Shown: piece by piece, positions 1 through 11,846 of the stretch | Numbering within the stretch: the first letter of the stretch is position 1 | Layout: each line of letters starts with the position of its first letter | Assembly (NCBI GenBank): GCA_002269645.1 | Contig: NIVC01001277.1 | Coordinates: 62,001-126,000, forward strand | Length of the DNA stretch: 64,000 bases | From: Macrostomum lignano | Taxonomy: Eukaryota | Direction: 5' to 3' | Notes under the pieces: model-generated | Told to the model about the DNA's origin: nothing | The model's database searches: none | Seen by the model: the letters and a program-made list of their open reading frames with translations, nothing else | Translations under genes and position numbers: made by a program

Positions 1-444
1 GTTTTCTTGAAGACACGTAACAAACTCATTAATCCCATTCGGTGGCTGAAGGTACTTAGAGTACGTATCTTTAACTATGAAATGCAGCAGGTCCACGATA
101 TTTGAGTTGTACAACGGTTTACCATTGACAGAAACTTCATACGTATCATCTATGCTAATCGACTTGCACTTTACGGTTATGAAGCTAATCAATGCCTGCA
201 GACGATGATGCCATTTCTGATTCACCGTCAGATATAAAACCTCCTTCCACTGCGGTTCTTTGTGAATTACTGGAGGCTGTTCTTGGGTCGCACTTGCCTG
301 CAGCTGCTGCACGCAACGCTCGTCCCTAATCTTGCGCAACTGTTTTTCCGCCTCTAGCTCGGGTTCACAGACTGTCTCCATGCCCCTCTGATTCACAAGT
401 GCCTCATACTGCAACCGGGGTACCAGTATCATTTCCTTGTACAT
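1..444 (-). CDS. Polinton/Maverick (adintovirus)-like uncharacterised ORF, 3' end runs off the window
   Basis: Hand translation from ATG at 444: 148 open codons to base 1 (absent from the ORF track because there is no stop). MYKEMILVPRLQYEAL...NGKPLYNSNIVDLLHFIVK...QPPNGINEFVTCL resembles the 'M..M.LVP' start and 'SNIVDL...P.G..EF' motif of a protein I recognise from invertebrate Polintons. No introns; AT-richer than host exons. Confidence 0.55.
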   Translation of the reverse strand, partial: MYKEMILVPRLQYEALVNQRGMETVCEPELEAEKQLRKIRDERCVQQLQASATQEQPPVIHKEPQWKEVLYLTVNQKWHHRLQALISFITVKCKSISIDDTYEVSVNGKPLYNSNIVDLLHFIVKDTYSKYLQPPNGINEFVTCLQEN

Positions 445-736
445 GTCTTTTTATACAGGTGAGAATCAGAGGAAGACAACGAAGGATATGCGGGTGTGAG
501 AGATTGCGCCGAGCCTCTTTCACACTTTTGCTTTGTGCAACAAGCCGGAGAGTATTTCGATATCGCCTGAGTCTCCGCTTCAAGCTATCTTCACAACAAA
601 CTTTTCCTGCTAGTAGATTTATAATACACTCAACCAAAAAGCAAATGGTGCTTTTATTTGCATAGGTAAGTATGCAGCGACGCAAGGATATAGTGCCCTC
701 ACAAAAGACAGTTATTAGTGCAATGTGTTTATCCAT
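404..736 (-). CDS. Small basic Polinton/adintovirus-like protein (putative virion core type)
   Basis: 110-aa ORF, ANKSTICFLVECIINLLAGKV...LKRRLRRYRNTLRLVA...ARRNL...LPLIL. Resembles the 'ICEC..N.L.G.V...KK.L.RYK..LR.L...LPLLL' pattern of small Polinton ORFs. Overlaps the next ORF by 41 nt, as in compact viral gene clusters. Confidence 0.5.
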   Translation of the reverse strand: MDKHIALITVFCEGTISLRRCILTYANKSTICFLVECIINLLAGKVCCEDSLKRRLRRYRNTLRLVAQSKSVKEARRNLSHPHILRCLPLILTCIKRHVQGNDTGTPVAV

Positions 737-986
737 GTTTAACTCAGTGCAGATACTGAGCCATTCTTATACATGTAGGTCTAACGACCTCACGCTGTAC
801 CCGCCACAGCAAGATACAGTACAACCAAAGCATGGAATGAGGGTTTTGCCTTGGCTAGCTTTAAAGGCGGTAAGTGAGACAGGTAATAAGACTTGGGTTT
901 AGGAATTAGGAGGGGGGAATTGGTTTTGGTTAGGGTACAGGATAGAAGGACCTTGCTACATGGGATGGGGCAAGGCGTAGGATAGG

Positions 987-1258
987 AGGGGGCCTTGGTA
1001 TGGGATGCATGGGGTGCAGGACAGGAGGGGGTCTTGGTATGGGATGCACGGGGTGCAGGACAGGAGGGGTGTAGGACAGGAGGGGGTCTTGGTATGGGAT
1101 GCATGGGGTGCAGGACAGGAGGGGGTCTTGGTATGGGATGCACGGGGTGCAGGACAGGAGGGGGTCTTGGTATGGGATGCACGGGGTGCAGGACAGGAGG
1201 GGGTCTTGGTATGGGATGCACGGGGTGCAGGACAGGAGGGGTGTAGGACAGGAGGGGG
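987..1258. repeat. 40-bp minisatellite (ggggtcttggtatgggatgcacggggtgcaggacaggagg)
   Basis: Near-identical tandem units seen directly. Confidence 0.9.
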
Positions 1259-1462
1259 CCTGGTTTGGGGTCGGGGGTGGGTGCGTGGGTTTGGGGTCGG
1301 GATTGGGTGCGTGGCGGTGGTGGGTTTGGGGTCGGGGTGGGTTTGGGGGTCGGGGTGGGTTTGGCGTCGGGGTGGGCGTCTTCGGGGCGCCCTCTCCCCT
1401 CATTGGCCGGGTGCCCCGGCCAATCCCGTGCGATGGCGGTAGAGGGTACCACTTTCCTACTA

Positions 1463-1464
<2 letters not shown>

Positions 1465-1533
<69 letters not shown>
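1465..1533. repeat. (TCTG)n microsatellite
   Basis: Perfect tetranucleotide run. Confidence 0.95.
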
Positions 1534-1574
1534 TTCTGACGACAGGAAAATGAAATCCCAGTCTCCGTTCTCAC

Positions 1575-1932
1575 CTAGAAAGTCGACGGTGTACCGCCGA
1601 CCTTTCTCCGCCTCCTCAGTCTCGTCTTCGTTCTCGCCGAGTTCATTCTCCAGCGGCCTCTGGCTGCCGTCCTTGGCCAGCAGTAGGTGGCGGTACTGCC
1701 TGGCCACGTGACTCCCCGGTAGCGTCCGGCGCAGCTCCCTGGCGCCGCGCAGGTCGAAAATGCAGCGAATTCCATACCGGTTTCTCAGCTCGTCGACTCC
1801 CTCGGCGGACAGGCGCTCAACGTAGCCGGAGCGGTACAGCAGGGCCCGGCCCGACGGCAGGCTGACCTGACGAAAGTTGGGCAGTCGGCTCAGACTGCGG
1901 GTGCCCACCTCCAGGGCGAATGTCGGCTCCAT
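1575..1932 (-). CDS. First coding exon of a tyrosine-phosphatase-family protein (Y_phosphatase3/IphP-like); remainder beyond left edge
   Basis: LPNFRQV...LLYRSG...LRNRYGIRCIFDLRGARE matches the N-terminal NFRD/LYRSG/IDLR motifs of PF13350. Donor CTAG|GTGAG at 1574; acceptor CAG 2 nt before the ATG. The catalytic HCxxGKDR motif is not in the window. Confidence 0.7.
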
Positions 1933-1971
1933 AACTGTCGAATGTCGGGAACCGGGGGGGGGGGCGCTGGG

Positions 1972-2180
1972 CTCATGAACTCACCCATGAACTCACTCAT
2001 GAACTCACTCATGAACTCACTCATGAACTCACTCATGAACTCACTCATGAACTCACTCATGAACTCACTCATGAATTCACTCACAAACTCACTCATGAAC
2101 TCATGGACTCGCTCATGAACTCACTCATGAATTCATGAACTCACTTATGAACTCACTCATGAGCTCATGAACTCACTCAC
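1972..2180. repeat. 12-bp minisatellite (actcatgaactc)
   Basis: Tandem units seen directly. Confidence 0.9.
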
Positions 2181-2715
2181 CCATTCGCTCGCTCCATCAA
2201 CCCAAACAGTCAGTCATTAAAATCGAGCCAGACATCAATAAGAGATTAACAAATCCGAGTATCTCACCTGCAAACTGCTGCAGCAAATTCAATGCATGCG
2301 TCAACGAACGTTTGTGGATCATAAAACCGCCTTTAGCACCGTCTTATAACGCTTACATAAAAGCCCTACCTCAGCTTTAAACTTGGCACTGGGTCCCGCT
2401 CTATCTATAGATAATTAAGATAGCGCTATCTGAGTGCATGGTCTGGATTCTCATGCACCCCGCAGGTATGGCACCATTTCTCTGCATGTTCGATGCACTT
2501 TAATTAAAATTCATTGACGGCGTTCGCTAGCCAATTGTTTTGAATTGCCTAATTTCAAGCCGTTTGTCAATAAAATTGGACTTACAATTATCTCTAGATG
2601 AAATTTACTTTCTCTTTCCTACTGACTAGTAGGCATGCAGTGCATTTTTCGACATGTTTGTTGGTTGTTCCCGACAGCGATTTATTAAGATCTGCTTTCG
2701 CCTCTCCATCCATCC

Positions 2716-3480
2716 TACCTGTCCAGCTCTGCCGGATTCACCTGTCCGCTCTGTCCCGTTTACCTGTCCGGCTCTTTCCGATTCGCCTGTCCGCTCTTCC
2801 GGATGTACCTGTCTGCTGTTCCTGAATTACCTGTCTGCTGTTCCTGAATTACCTGTCTGCTGTTCCTGAATTACCTGTCTGCTGTTTCCTGAATTACCTT
2901 CCGCTCTTCCCGATTACCTGTCTGCTCTGTCCCGATTGACCTGTTCGCTCTGTCCCGATTGACCTGTCCACTCTTCCCGATTTACCTGTCCGCTCTGTCC
3001 CGATTGACCTGTCCACTCTTCCCGATTTACCTGTCCGCTCTGTCCCGATTGACCTGTCCACTCTTCCCGATTTACCTGTCCGCTCTGTCCCGTTTACCTG
3101 TCCGCTCTGTCCCGATTGACCTGTCCACTATGTCCCGATTTACCTGTCCGCTATGTCCCGTTTACCTGTCCACTCTTCCCGATTTACCTGTCCATTCTTC
3201 CGATTTACCTGTCCACTCTTCCCGATTTACCTGTCCACTCTTCCCGATTTACCTGTCCATTCTTCCGATTTACCTGTCCACTCTTCCCGATTTACCTGTC
3301 CGCTCTTCCCGATTTACCTGTCCGCTCTTCCCGATTTACCTGTCCGCTCTTCCCGATTTACCTGTCCACTCTTCCTGATTTACCTGTCCGCTCTTCCTGA
3401 TGTACCTGTCTGCTCATCCTGAATTACCTGTCTGCTCTTCCTGAATTATCTGTCTACTCTTCCCGGTTTACCTGTCCACT
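2716..3480. repeat. 22-bp minisatellite (acctgtccactcttcccgattt)
   Basis: Tandem units with degenerate edges. Confidence 0.9.
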
Positions 3481-4308
3481 CTTACCCGTCTGCTCTACCC
3501 GCCCCAGATCCAGATTTCCTCTCCCTAGCCTTAGAATTGTAATCTCGGGAAACTTACATCGGGCTTACAGCAAAAAAGCTGTTACACAAACAGCCCAGAG
3601 AAATGCATTAGCATTTGTTTATAATAAACTGACTTCCTCAATTTGAACTCCCCTCACAGCAAATTACTCGTATTTATAGGAATTCGTGAGACGCCGGTGA
3701 AGGGAGCAGCCTCGAATAAACAAGAGAACTAACGGTTACGATCCCGCTAGACATGATGGGGATCGAGGCGGGGGAGGCTGTGGGGCGCCCGTTTCTGGGT
3801 CACAAGCGAAGCCTCGAGTGGAGGCTGCGCGGTAAACACACTCGGACTCTCCCCTGTTCCCCTTTCCCTGGGCTTTCACTTCTCTGGAACTCCCCCGCAG
3901 TCTACACTCGAACTGTGCTAATGGAATTTCTATACTTCAACCAAGACTCGATTTCCATTCCCACAGAAGTAACGGAGTTTACAATATAGATGGAGATTGG
4001 GTCTTTGTTCTTTGTTCACTCTGTCTCTGGTCTCGTATCGATCGATCGTTCTTTCTCACTTAGGCTGCCGCGCAGGTCTGACACCGCAGACTCTGCTTCG
4101 CAGCGGGGGCCTGTGGGTGATGGCTGAGCTTTTGTCCCGAATAGACTGGGAGTTGAGGCACTGCGGGGAGGAGGGGGCAGCCAAGAATCCGCCTCTAAAT
4201 TAAGCATTTTTTCGTCTGTGGGTTCAGAGCTGTGTAAACAATCAGAGTTGTACAGCCGCGCAGGACTGCCCAGATCCGTGTTGCGTCACCCCAGTGCCGA
4301 GTTGTAGC

Positions 4309-4583
<275 letters not shown>

Positions 4584-5243
4584 ATTCTACACGGGATAAA
4601 AATCATAAATCATCACTCCAGTTTTGCTAGCCTTACCGCTCCCCCCTAGCAACAAGTCGAGCTGTGATAGAGGGCAGAAGCGTTAGACCGAATCTTCACA
4701 TTTTTTACGATTCGACATTCGCTCTTAAGTTGGTTCCAAACCCCAATTTCGGCAAGCGATTGATAGAGTGGACCAACACAGCTGGATCCAAATCGACCCT
4801 CACCTCCAACAGGTCATCAATGCTTGGCCTTTTAAATGCAAAGGTGTCCCCTGTCCACACCCGATGCATTCCAGCCCAACCGCACCCCCGCTGCGCAGCC
4901 GGTCACGTCAGCTCAGGTCTCAGTAAAATGGATGCTCGGTATTCTCGCCAGTAAAACTTCAAATTCAAAGTGGCTCCCCGCTGAGTCCAAGTGTTAATTT
5001 GAGACTTGATTTTGGCTCAATATGCTTGCAGGCTTGTCTGTTTGCTCATTTGCATATTATCTGCGACTTTGTTTGCTATTGGGTGCCTTAGCTGCGGGGA
5101 TGCAGCGACATGTATTAACTATTCCTTTTTTAGAGACTTTTGGACCTGCTGACTGTCTCTGCTTGTTTGCAAGCGCAGTTTTAAGCTTAGCTTTATTTGT
5201 CTTTGAGGAGTAATAATTGATGATAGTCCCAATATTCCTAATG

Positions 5244-6347
5244 GATCTCACCCATCTCCATCCATTCTCATATTATTAGTTCTCTAATAATCTTAATGAA
5301 TCTCACTTATTCTTCTCCATCTATTCTCATGTTAGATCTCTAATATTCTTAATAAATCTCACCCCTCTTCATCAATTCTCATGTTAGATCTCTAATATTC
5401 TTAATAAATTTCACCCATCTCCATCTATTCTCATGCTAGATCTCTAATATTCTTAATAAATCTCACCCCTCTTCATCTATTCTCATGCTAGATCGCCAAT
5501 ATTCTTAATCAATCTCACCCCTCTCCATCTATTCTCCTATTAGATCTCTACTATTACTAATGGATCTCACCCATCTCCATCTATTCTTATGTTAGATCTG
5601 TACTATTATTAATGGATCTCACCCATCTCCATCTATTCTCATGCTAGATCTCCAATATTATTAATGGATCTCACCCATCTCCATCTATTTTCATGCTAGA
5701 TCTCTAATATTCTTAATAAATCTCACCCCTCTTCATCTATTCTCATGCTAGATCTCTAATATTCGTAATCAATCTCACCCATCTCCATCTATTCTCATGT
5801 TAGATCGCTACTATTCTTAATGGATCTCACTCATCTCCATCTATTCTCCTATTAGATCTCTACTATTATTAATGGATCTCACCCATCTCCATCTATTTTC
5901 ATGCTAGATCTCTAATATTCTTAATAAATCTCACCCCTCTTCATCTATTCTCATGCTAGATCTCTAATATTCGTAATCAATCTCACCCATCTCCATCTAT
6001 TCTTATGTTAGATCTCTACTATTATTAATGGATCTCACCCATCTCCATCTATTCTCATGCTAGATCTCCAATATTATTAATGGATCTCACCCATCTCCAT
6101 CTATTCTCATGCTAGATCTCTAATATTCGTAATCAATCTCACCCATCTCCATCTATTCTCATGTTAGATCGCTACTATTCTTAATGGATCTCACTCATCT
6201 CCATCTATTCTCCTATTAGATCTCTACTATTATTAATGGATCTCACCCATCTCCATCTATTCTTAAGTTAGATCTCTACTGTTATTAATGGATCTCACCC
6301 ATCTCCATCTATTCTCATGCTAGATCTCCAATATTCCTAATCCATCT
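5244..6347. repeat. 52-bp minisatellite (aatggatctcacccatctccatctattctcatgctagatctccaatattatt)
   Basis: Unit spacing checked (5611 to 5663); several variant units recur. Confidence 0.9.
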
Positions 6348-7030
6348 CACCGATTATCATCCAATCCCTTTATCTTTCTATAATTTGTCTTGCGCATAAT
6401 TTCAGATATAATTTGACATTTTTCCAGCACAGTACAGCGGAGTCTGGAGAGGCCCATGGGAGAGACTGATGGAGGAGCATTTGACAGGCCAAGCTGATAG
6501 AACGCACCGAAGTCTGATGGGGGGGGGTCAGAGGAAGCAAGGCGCATCAAGTTGGCTGCGGCGGCCTTTCTCTCATCTCTGCAGCCGGTCCATAGCTCAC
6601 CAGCGCAGCGCACGCAGGCAGTGAGAGGGGTACAGAGGAGAAGGCGCAGCTGCCTTCAGCCATCGCTGCTTTGGCCTCTCCCTGCAGACTCTCTGTGTGC
6701 TGCATCTCCAAGCCAGCCGTTTGCCGCGGGTGGCATTTTTCAGCGCGCGTGCAGCAGAAGACAGCGCCCCCCCCCCCTCAGCTAAAACTCGGCACTGCAG
6801 AGCGGATTTCTGATCGGGGGGCCTCTGCCTTCTCCTACCTTCCTCAATCCCAGGCATCTGATCCCCGAGCTTCCAAAATGGCAATTTTGTGCCACAGTCT
6901 GCAGGGGCAAGAGAGGAGAGGAGAGGCAGGGGAGACTTATAATGTGTGTGCAGCTCGCTACAGCCTTCTTACCTTTAACTATCTCCGTGCCTCGCTATGC
7001 AATCTCTGGGCAGTAGAACACATGTAGTGC

Positions 7031-7742
7031 CTACCCCAGTGTATCTCACTCTCTCTACCCTAGTGTATCTCACTCTCTCTACCCCAGTGTATTTCACTCT
7101 CTCTACCCCACTGTATCTCACTCTCTCTACCCTATCTCACTCTCTCTCTATCCCAGTGAATCTCACTCTCTCTACTCCAGTGTATCTCACTCTCTCTACC
7201 CCACTGTATCTCACTCTCTCTACCCCATCTCACTCTCTCTCTACCCCAGTGTATCTCACTCTCTCTACCCCACTGTATCTCACTCTCTCTACCCCACTGT
7301 ATCTCACTCTCTCTACCCCAGTGTATCTCACTCTCTCTACCCCACTGTATCTCACTCTCTCTACCCCAGTGTATCTCACTCTCTCTACCCCACTGTATCT
7401 CACTCTCTCTACCCCAGTGTATCTCACTCTCTCTACCCCACTGTATCTCACTCTCTCTACCCCACTGTATCTCACTCTCTCTACCCCACTGTATCTCACT
7501 CTCTCTACCCCACTGTATCTCACTCTCTCTACCCCAATGTATCTCACTCTCTCTACCCCACTGTATCTCACTCTCTCTACCCCACTGTATCTCACTCTCT
7601 CTACCCCACTGTATCTCACTCTCTCTACCCCAGTGTATCTCACTCTCTCTACCCCAGTGTATCTCACTCTCTCTATCTCACTCTCTCTACCCCAGTGTAT
7701 CTCACTCTCTCTACCCCAGTGTATCTCACTCTCTCTACCCTA
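7031..7742. repeat. 24-bp minisatellite (ctctctaccccactgtatctcact)
   Basis: Tandem units; produces spurious 8-aa-periodic ORFs. Confidence 0.92.
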
Positions 7743-8502
7743 CTGTATTGATCCTCTTCAATAAAGTCTTTCTCCTCTTGTATTTTCTCATATTCCCTCC
7801 CATCTATTCCCATCTCCCCAATGCTCGCCAAGCGCTGCTGAAGGCAGTTTCAGAGTAATTAATAGCACGAAGACAGGAGCTTCGTGAACTGCAAACCACG
7901 CGGGGAGGCTGGATAGCGGAGGAAAACTCGTGATGGAGGAGGATTCGGGAAGAGGAGGATGAGGCTGAGGATAGACAGAGAGAGGCTGCAGGAGCCATTT
8001 TATCGATCCAATAACCTGTGGAGGCCTCAGCGGGCGAGCCTCAGCCCTCTGCCCTCCTTTCCCCTGCAGCTTGCCTCCTCCCAACAGCGACCGGACCCAA
8101 AGCTCCGCGTGTGTCACCAGCATTGGATCCTCAGGCCCGCCTGATCTCCGCCGCTGCCTCTGACCAGCCATTCTCTAACTGGGTCCGAGGATCGGGGAAG
8201 GGAGTCCAACCCCCTCAGCTTCCCCCCGCTCTCCAGCCTCACCTGGTGGATCCAAACGCCTCCAGGATCCAACCCCAAACGCCGCCCGAGCCCCCAACCC
8301 CACTTTTCCCATTCTCCGCTCGGCTCCCCGCGGCGCTTCTCCCGATCTCCCAGAGCGAGTGCCGGAGCCCCACCCCCGGCCTCGGAGCCTCGGTGAGAGC
8401 GGCGCCACCCATAAAAAATGGCCTTCCTTCCCTCCAACACGGGGCAGACAATCAGTGAAGAATCAGTGAATCTGGAGAAAATTTTCTGTCTAGAAGAAAA
8501 TC

Positions 8503-8775
8503 ATGAGCCTCATCAGTCCTCAAGCGGCGAGTGTTCACGTCCTGTGCTGCCCCCACTGCTCCTACATGACCCTGCAGCAGGGCAATCTGGTTTCCCACCT
8601 GTCCTCTGAGCACTGCACTGCTGCTCCTGAAAGCAAGGAACTGGAAGAGCCGCAGCAACAGGCCGAGCCAAAGGTGCAGCTGCACAAGTGCACCCTGTGC
8701 AAGACCATATCAACCCAGTGGGCTCTGATGCTGGACCACATGGCTCTGTACCATGACATCTCCGACACTGAGAAG
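8503..8775 (+). CDS. Exon encoding two C2H2-type zinc fingers; probable first coding exon of the downstream TALE homeobox gene
   Basis: CPHCSYMTLQQGNLVSHLSSEH and CTLCKTISTQWALMLDHMALYH (C-x2-C-x12-H-x4-H). Acceptor TCTAG 9 nt before the ATG; phase-0 donor AAG|GTAATT at 8776. Confidence 0.7.
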
Positions 8776-9439
8776 GTAATTTTGCCTGCTTTGAAAATTT
8801 TCGTATTAGAACTCAAACCCCGTGCTCAAATCTCATTGGACGCGGCTGATCTGTCCAGCTTCTCATTCGCGAGCTTCTCCCAGCCTCATCTCGTATGAAA
8901 ATAAAGCCAATGAGAGCTCAGCTGCTGCTCTCCATCATCTCGGGATCTGGGAGAAACGGATTATTCCAACTTTCAGTCATTTGAGATGTTTAAATCTGAT
9001 TTTCTGCGAGTGTTTTGCTCAACCGGGACCCTTCGAATTTGAGAAATTTTCTGTGTAAAATGGTTCGAAGAAGTTTGCACCATTGTGCCCAACGAACTGT
9101 TCCTGATGCAGCATAGAGTCTGGATAATGGACAGATTGAGAAATCTAAATGGAAAGACAATAAAAAAACTGAAAAATAGCAAGAAAAAAAACATTTTACT
9201 TAGGGAAATAGATCCGGATAGTAAGAGGGGTAGAGTAGAAAGGGGAGGAGGAGTAGAAGAGAGATAGAGGAAGAAAGGAGAGAGTAGACCGGATAAAAAA
9301 AGAGAAGGAAGAGTAAAGAGGGGAGAGTGGACAAGAGAAGAGAGTAGATAGAAGAGTAGAGACTGAACAGGGGAGAGTAAATAGGAGAGTAGAGTGTATT
9401 GACAGAGTAGAGTATAGAGTAGACAGTAGACAGGGTAAA

Positions 9440-9740
9440 GTAAAGAGATGAGAGCAGAGATGGGAGAGTAGACAGGGTAGAGCAGAGATGGGAGAGTAGA
9501 CAGGGTAGAGCAGAGATGGGAGAGTAGACAGGGTAGAGCAGAGAGGGGAGAGTAGACAGGGTAGAACAGAGATGGGAGAGTAGACAGGGTAGAGCAGAGA
9601 GGGGAGAGTAGACAGGGTAGAGCAGAGAGGGGAGAGTAGACAGGGTAGAGCAGAGAAGGGAGAGTAGACAGGGTAGAGCAGAGATGGGAGAGTAGACAGG
9701 GTAGAGCAGAGATGGGAGAGTAGACAGGGTAGAGCAGAGA
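9440..9740. repeat. 28-bp purine-rich minisatellite (gggagagtagacagggtagagcagagaN), copy 1
   Basis: Tandem units; degenerate purine-rich lead-in from about 9220. Confidence 0.9.
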
Positions 9741-10734
9741 AGGAACAGAGGCGGCAGTGAAACGGAAATGCGGCTCCCTTAGCCAGGCCAGCAGACTGCA
9801 GACCATGCAGTTTTACAGCCAGCCGGGTGTCTGTCTTCATCACCCCTTTCTCCCTCACTGCCTCAGCTCTGCTTTCCTCTACTTGAATTGTCGAGTTGGG
9901 ACAAAGATATGCTGCAACCTCAGAGGCTGGGTTCGCTGTGATGCTGCTCTCCATCTCTGCCGCTGAATCCATCATCATCAATAGATTTCTCGGTGCAGCC
10001 AGAGGCCAAGCAGAGCTGAGTCATCAGAGCCGCTCCCCTCGCAGCCTCTCTGCTTGGCCGAACTGCAATGGCTTTACCGAATGCGTTTAGTCTGTTTTGC
10101 TTTGAAAATTTTCGTATCCGAACTCAAACCCCGTGCTCAAATCTCATTGGTCGCGCCTGTGATATCCAGCTTCTCAATTGCGAATTTCTCTCAGCCTCAA
10201 TCTATGAAAATAAAACCAATGAGAGCTCAGCTGCTGCTCTCCATCATCTCGGGATCTGGGAATAGCGGATTATTCTGCTTCTGAATCTTGGGAATTCCAG
10301 TCGGAATTTCTGCGAGTGTTTTTCCCCCAAGTCTGTCGCTAAGCTGGGACTCGCCTAGATGCACCAAATTTCATGGCGCAAGGCCTTCAGCAGAGCTGAA
10401 CTTTCACAACATGGATGCTTTGAAACTTTTAGGCGATGTAAAATTTTCATGTAGGTCTTGTAAAAGCGACCCGTGTCAGGAGACAAGTTGAAAATGGAAA
10501 TCTAAGGCAGAAGACAGCAAATGTCTTTTGTTTTTTAGCGATAAAAAGGGAATGCTATTTGGGAAGACTGGTTGAGTAGAGAGAGATAAGGAGAGAAAGT
10601 GGAGGAGGGTAGAGATAGGGGAGAAGAGAGGAGAGAAGGCGAGTAGTGAGTAGATAGAGCAGAGTAGAGAGGGGAGAGTTGAGTAGAAAGGAAAGAGTAG
10701 AGAGTAGAGAGTAGAGTAGAGACGGAGATTTAAG

Positions 10735-11490
10735 AGTAGACAGTAGACAGGGTAGAGCAGAGAAGGGAGAGTAGACAGGGTAGAGCAGAGAAGGGAGAGT
10801 AGACAGGGTAGAGCAGAGAAGGGAGAGTAGACAGGGTAGAGCAGAGAAGGGAGAGTAGACAGGGTAGAGCAGAGATGGGAGAGTAGACAGGGTAGAGCAG
10901 AGATGGGAGAGTAGACAGGGTATAGCAGAGAGGGGAGAGTAGACAGGGTAGAGCAGAGAAGGGAGAGTAGACAGGGTAGAGCAGAGAAGGGAGAGTAGAC
11001 AGGGTAGAGCAGAGAAGGGAGAGTAGACAGGGTAGAGCAGAGAGGGGAGAGTAGACAGGGTAGAGCAGAGATGGGAGAGTAGACAGGGTAGAGCAGAGAT
11101 GGGAGAGTAGACAGGGTATAGCAGAGAGGGGAGAGTAGACAGGGTAGAGCAGAGAAGGGAGAGTAGACAGGGTAGAGCAGAGAAGGGAGAGTAGACAGGG
11201 TAGAGCAGAGATGGGAGAGTAAACAGGGTAGAGCAGAGATGGGAGAGTAGACAGGGTAGAGCAGAGATGGGAGAGTAGACAGGGTAGAGCAGAGAGGGGA
11301 GAGTAGACAGGGTAGAGCAGAGAAGGGAGAGTAGACAGGGTAGAGCAGAGAAGGGAGAGTAGACAGGGTAGAGCAGAGAGGGGAGAGTAGACAGGGTAGA
11401 GCAGAGAAGGGAGAGTAGACAGGGTAGAGCAGAGATGGGAGAGTAGACAGGGTAGAGCAGAGATGGGAGAGTAGACAGGGTAGAGCAGAG
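10735..11490. repeat. 28-bp purine-rich minisatellite, copy 2 (longer)
   Basis: Same unit as 9440-9740, followed by the same unique block. Confidence 0.9.
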
Positions 11491-11498
11491 AAGGAACA

Positions 11499-11846
11499 GA
11501 GGCGGCAGTGAAACGGAAATGCGGCTCCCTTAGCCAGGCCAGCAGACTGCAGACCATGCAGTTTTACAGCCAGCCGGGTGTCTGTCTTCATCACCCCTTT
11601 CTCCCTCACTGCCTCAGCTCTGCTTTCCTCTACTTGAATTGTCGAGTTGGGACAAAGATATGCTGCAACCTCAGAGGCTGGGTTCGCTGTGATGCTGCTC
11701 TCCATCTCTGCCGCTGAATCCATCATCATCAATAGATTTCTCGGTGCAGCCAGAGGCCAAGCAGAGCTGAGTCATCAGAGCCGCTCCCCTCGCAGCCTCT
11801 CTGCTTGGCCGAACTGCAATGGCTTTACCGAATGCGTTTAGTCTGT
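11499..11846. repeat. About 350-bp block duplicating 9748-10095
   Basis: gaggcggcagtgaaacgg...gaatgcgtttagtctgtt reads identical in both places. Confidence 0.9.

Noticed and set aside
790-900. Possible decayed adenain-type protease fragment (QNPHS...LYCILL) next to the Polinton-like ORFs
   Set aside because: Too short, with an upstream in-frame stop and no catalytic CG motif.
790-1574. Extension of the phosphatase ORF to 380 aa
   Set aside because: Past 1575 the frame reads through a GTGAG donor into microsatellite and minisatellite intron sequence.
6997-7764. 255-aa and 145-aa periodic ORFs
   Set aside because: 24-bp minisatellite translation.
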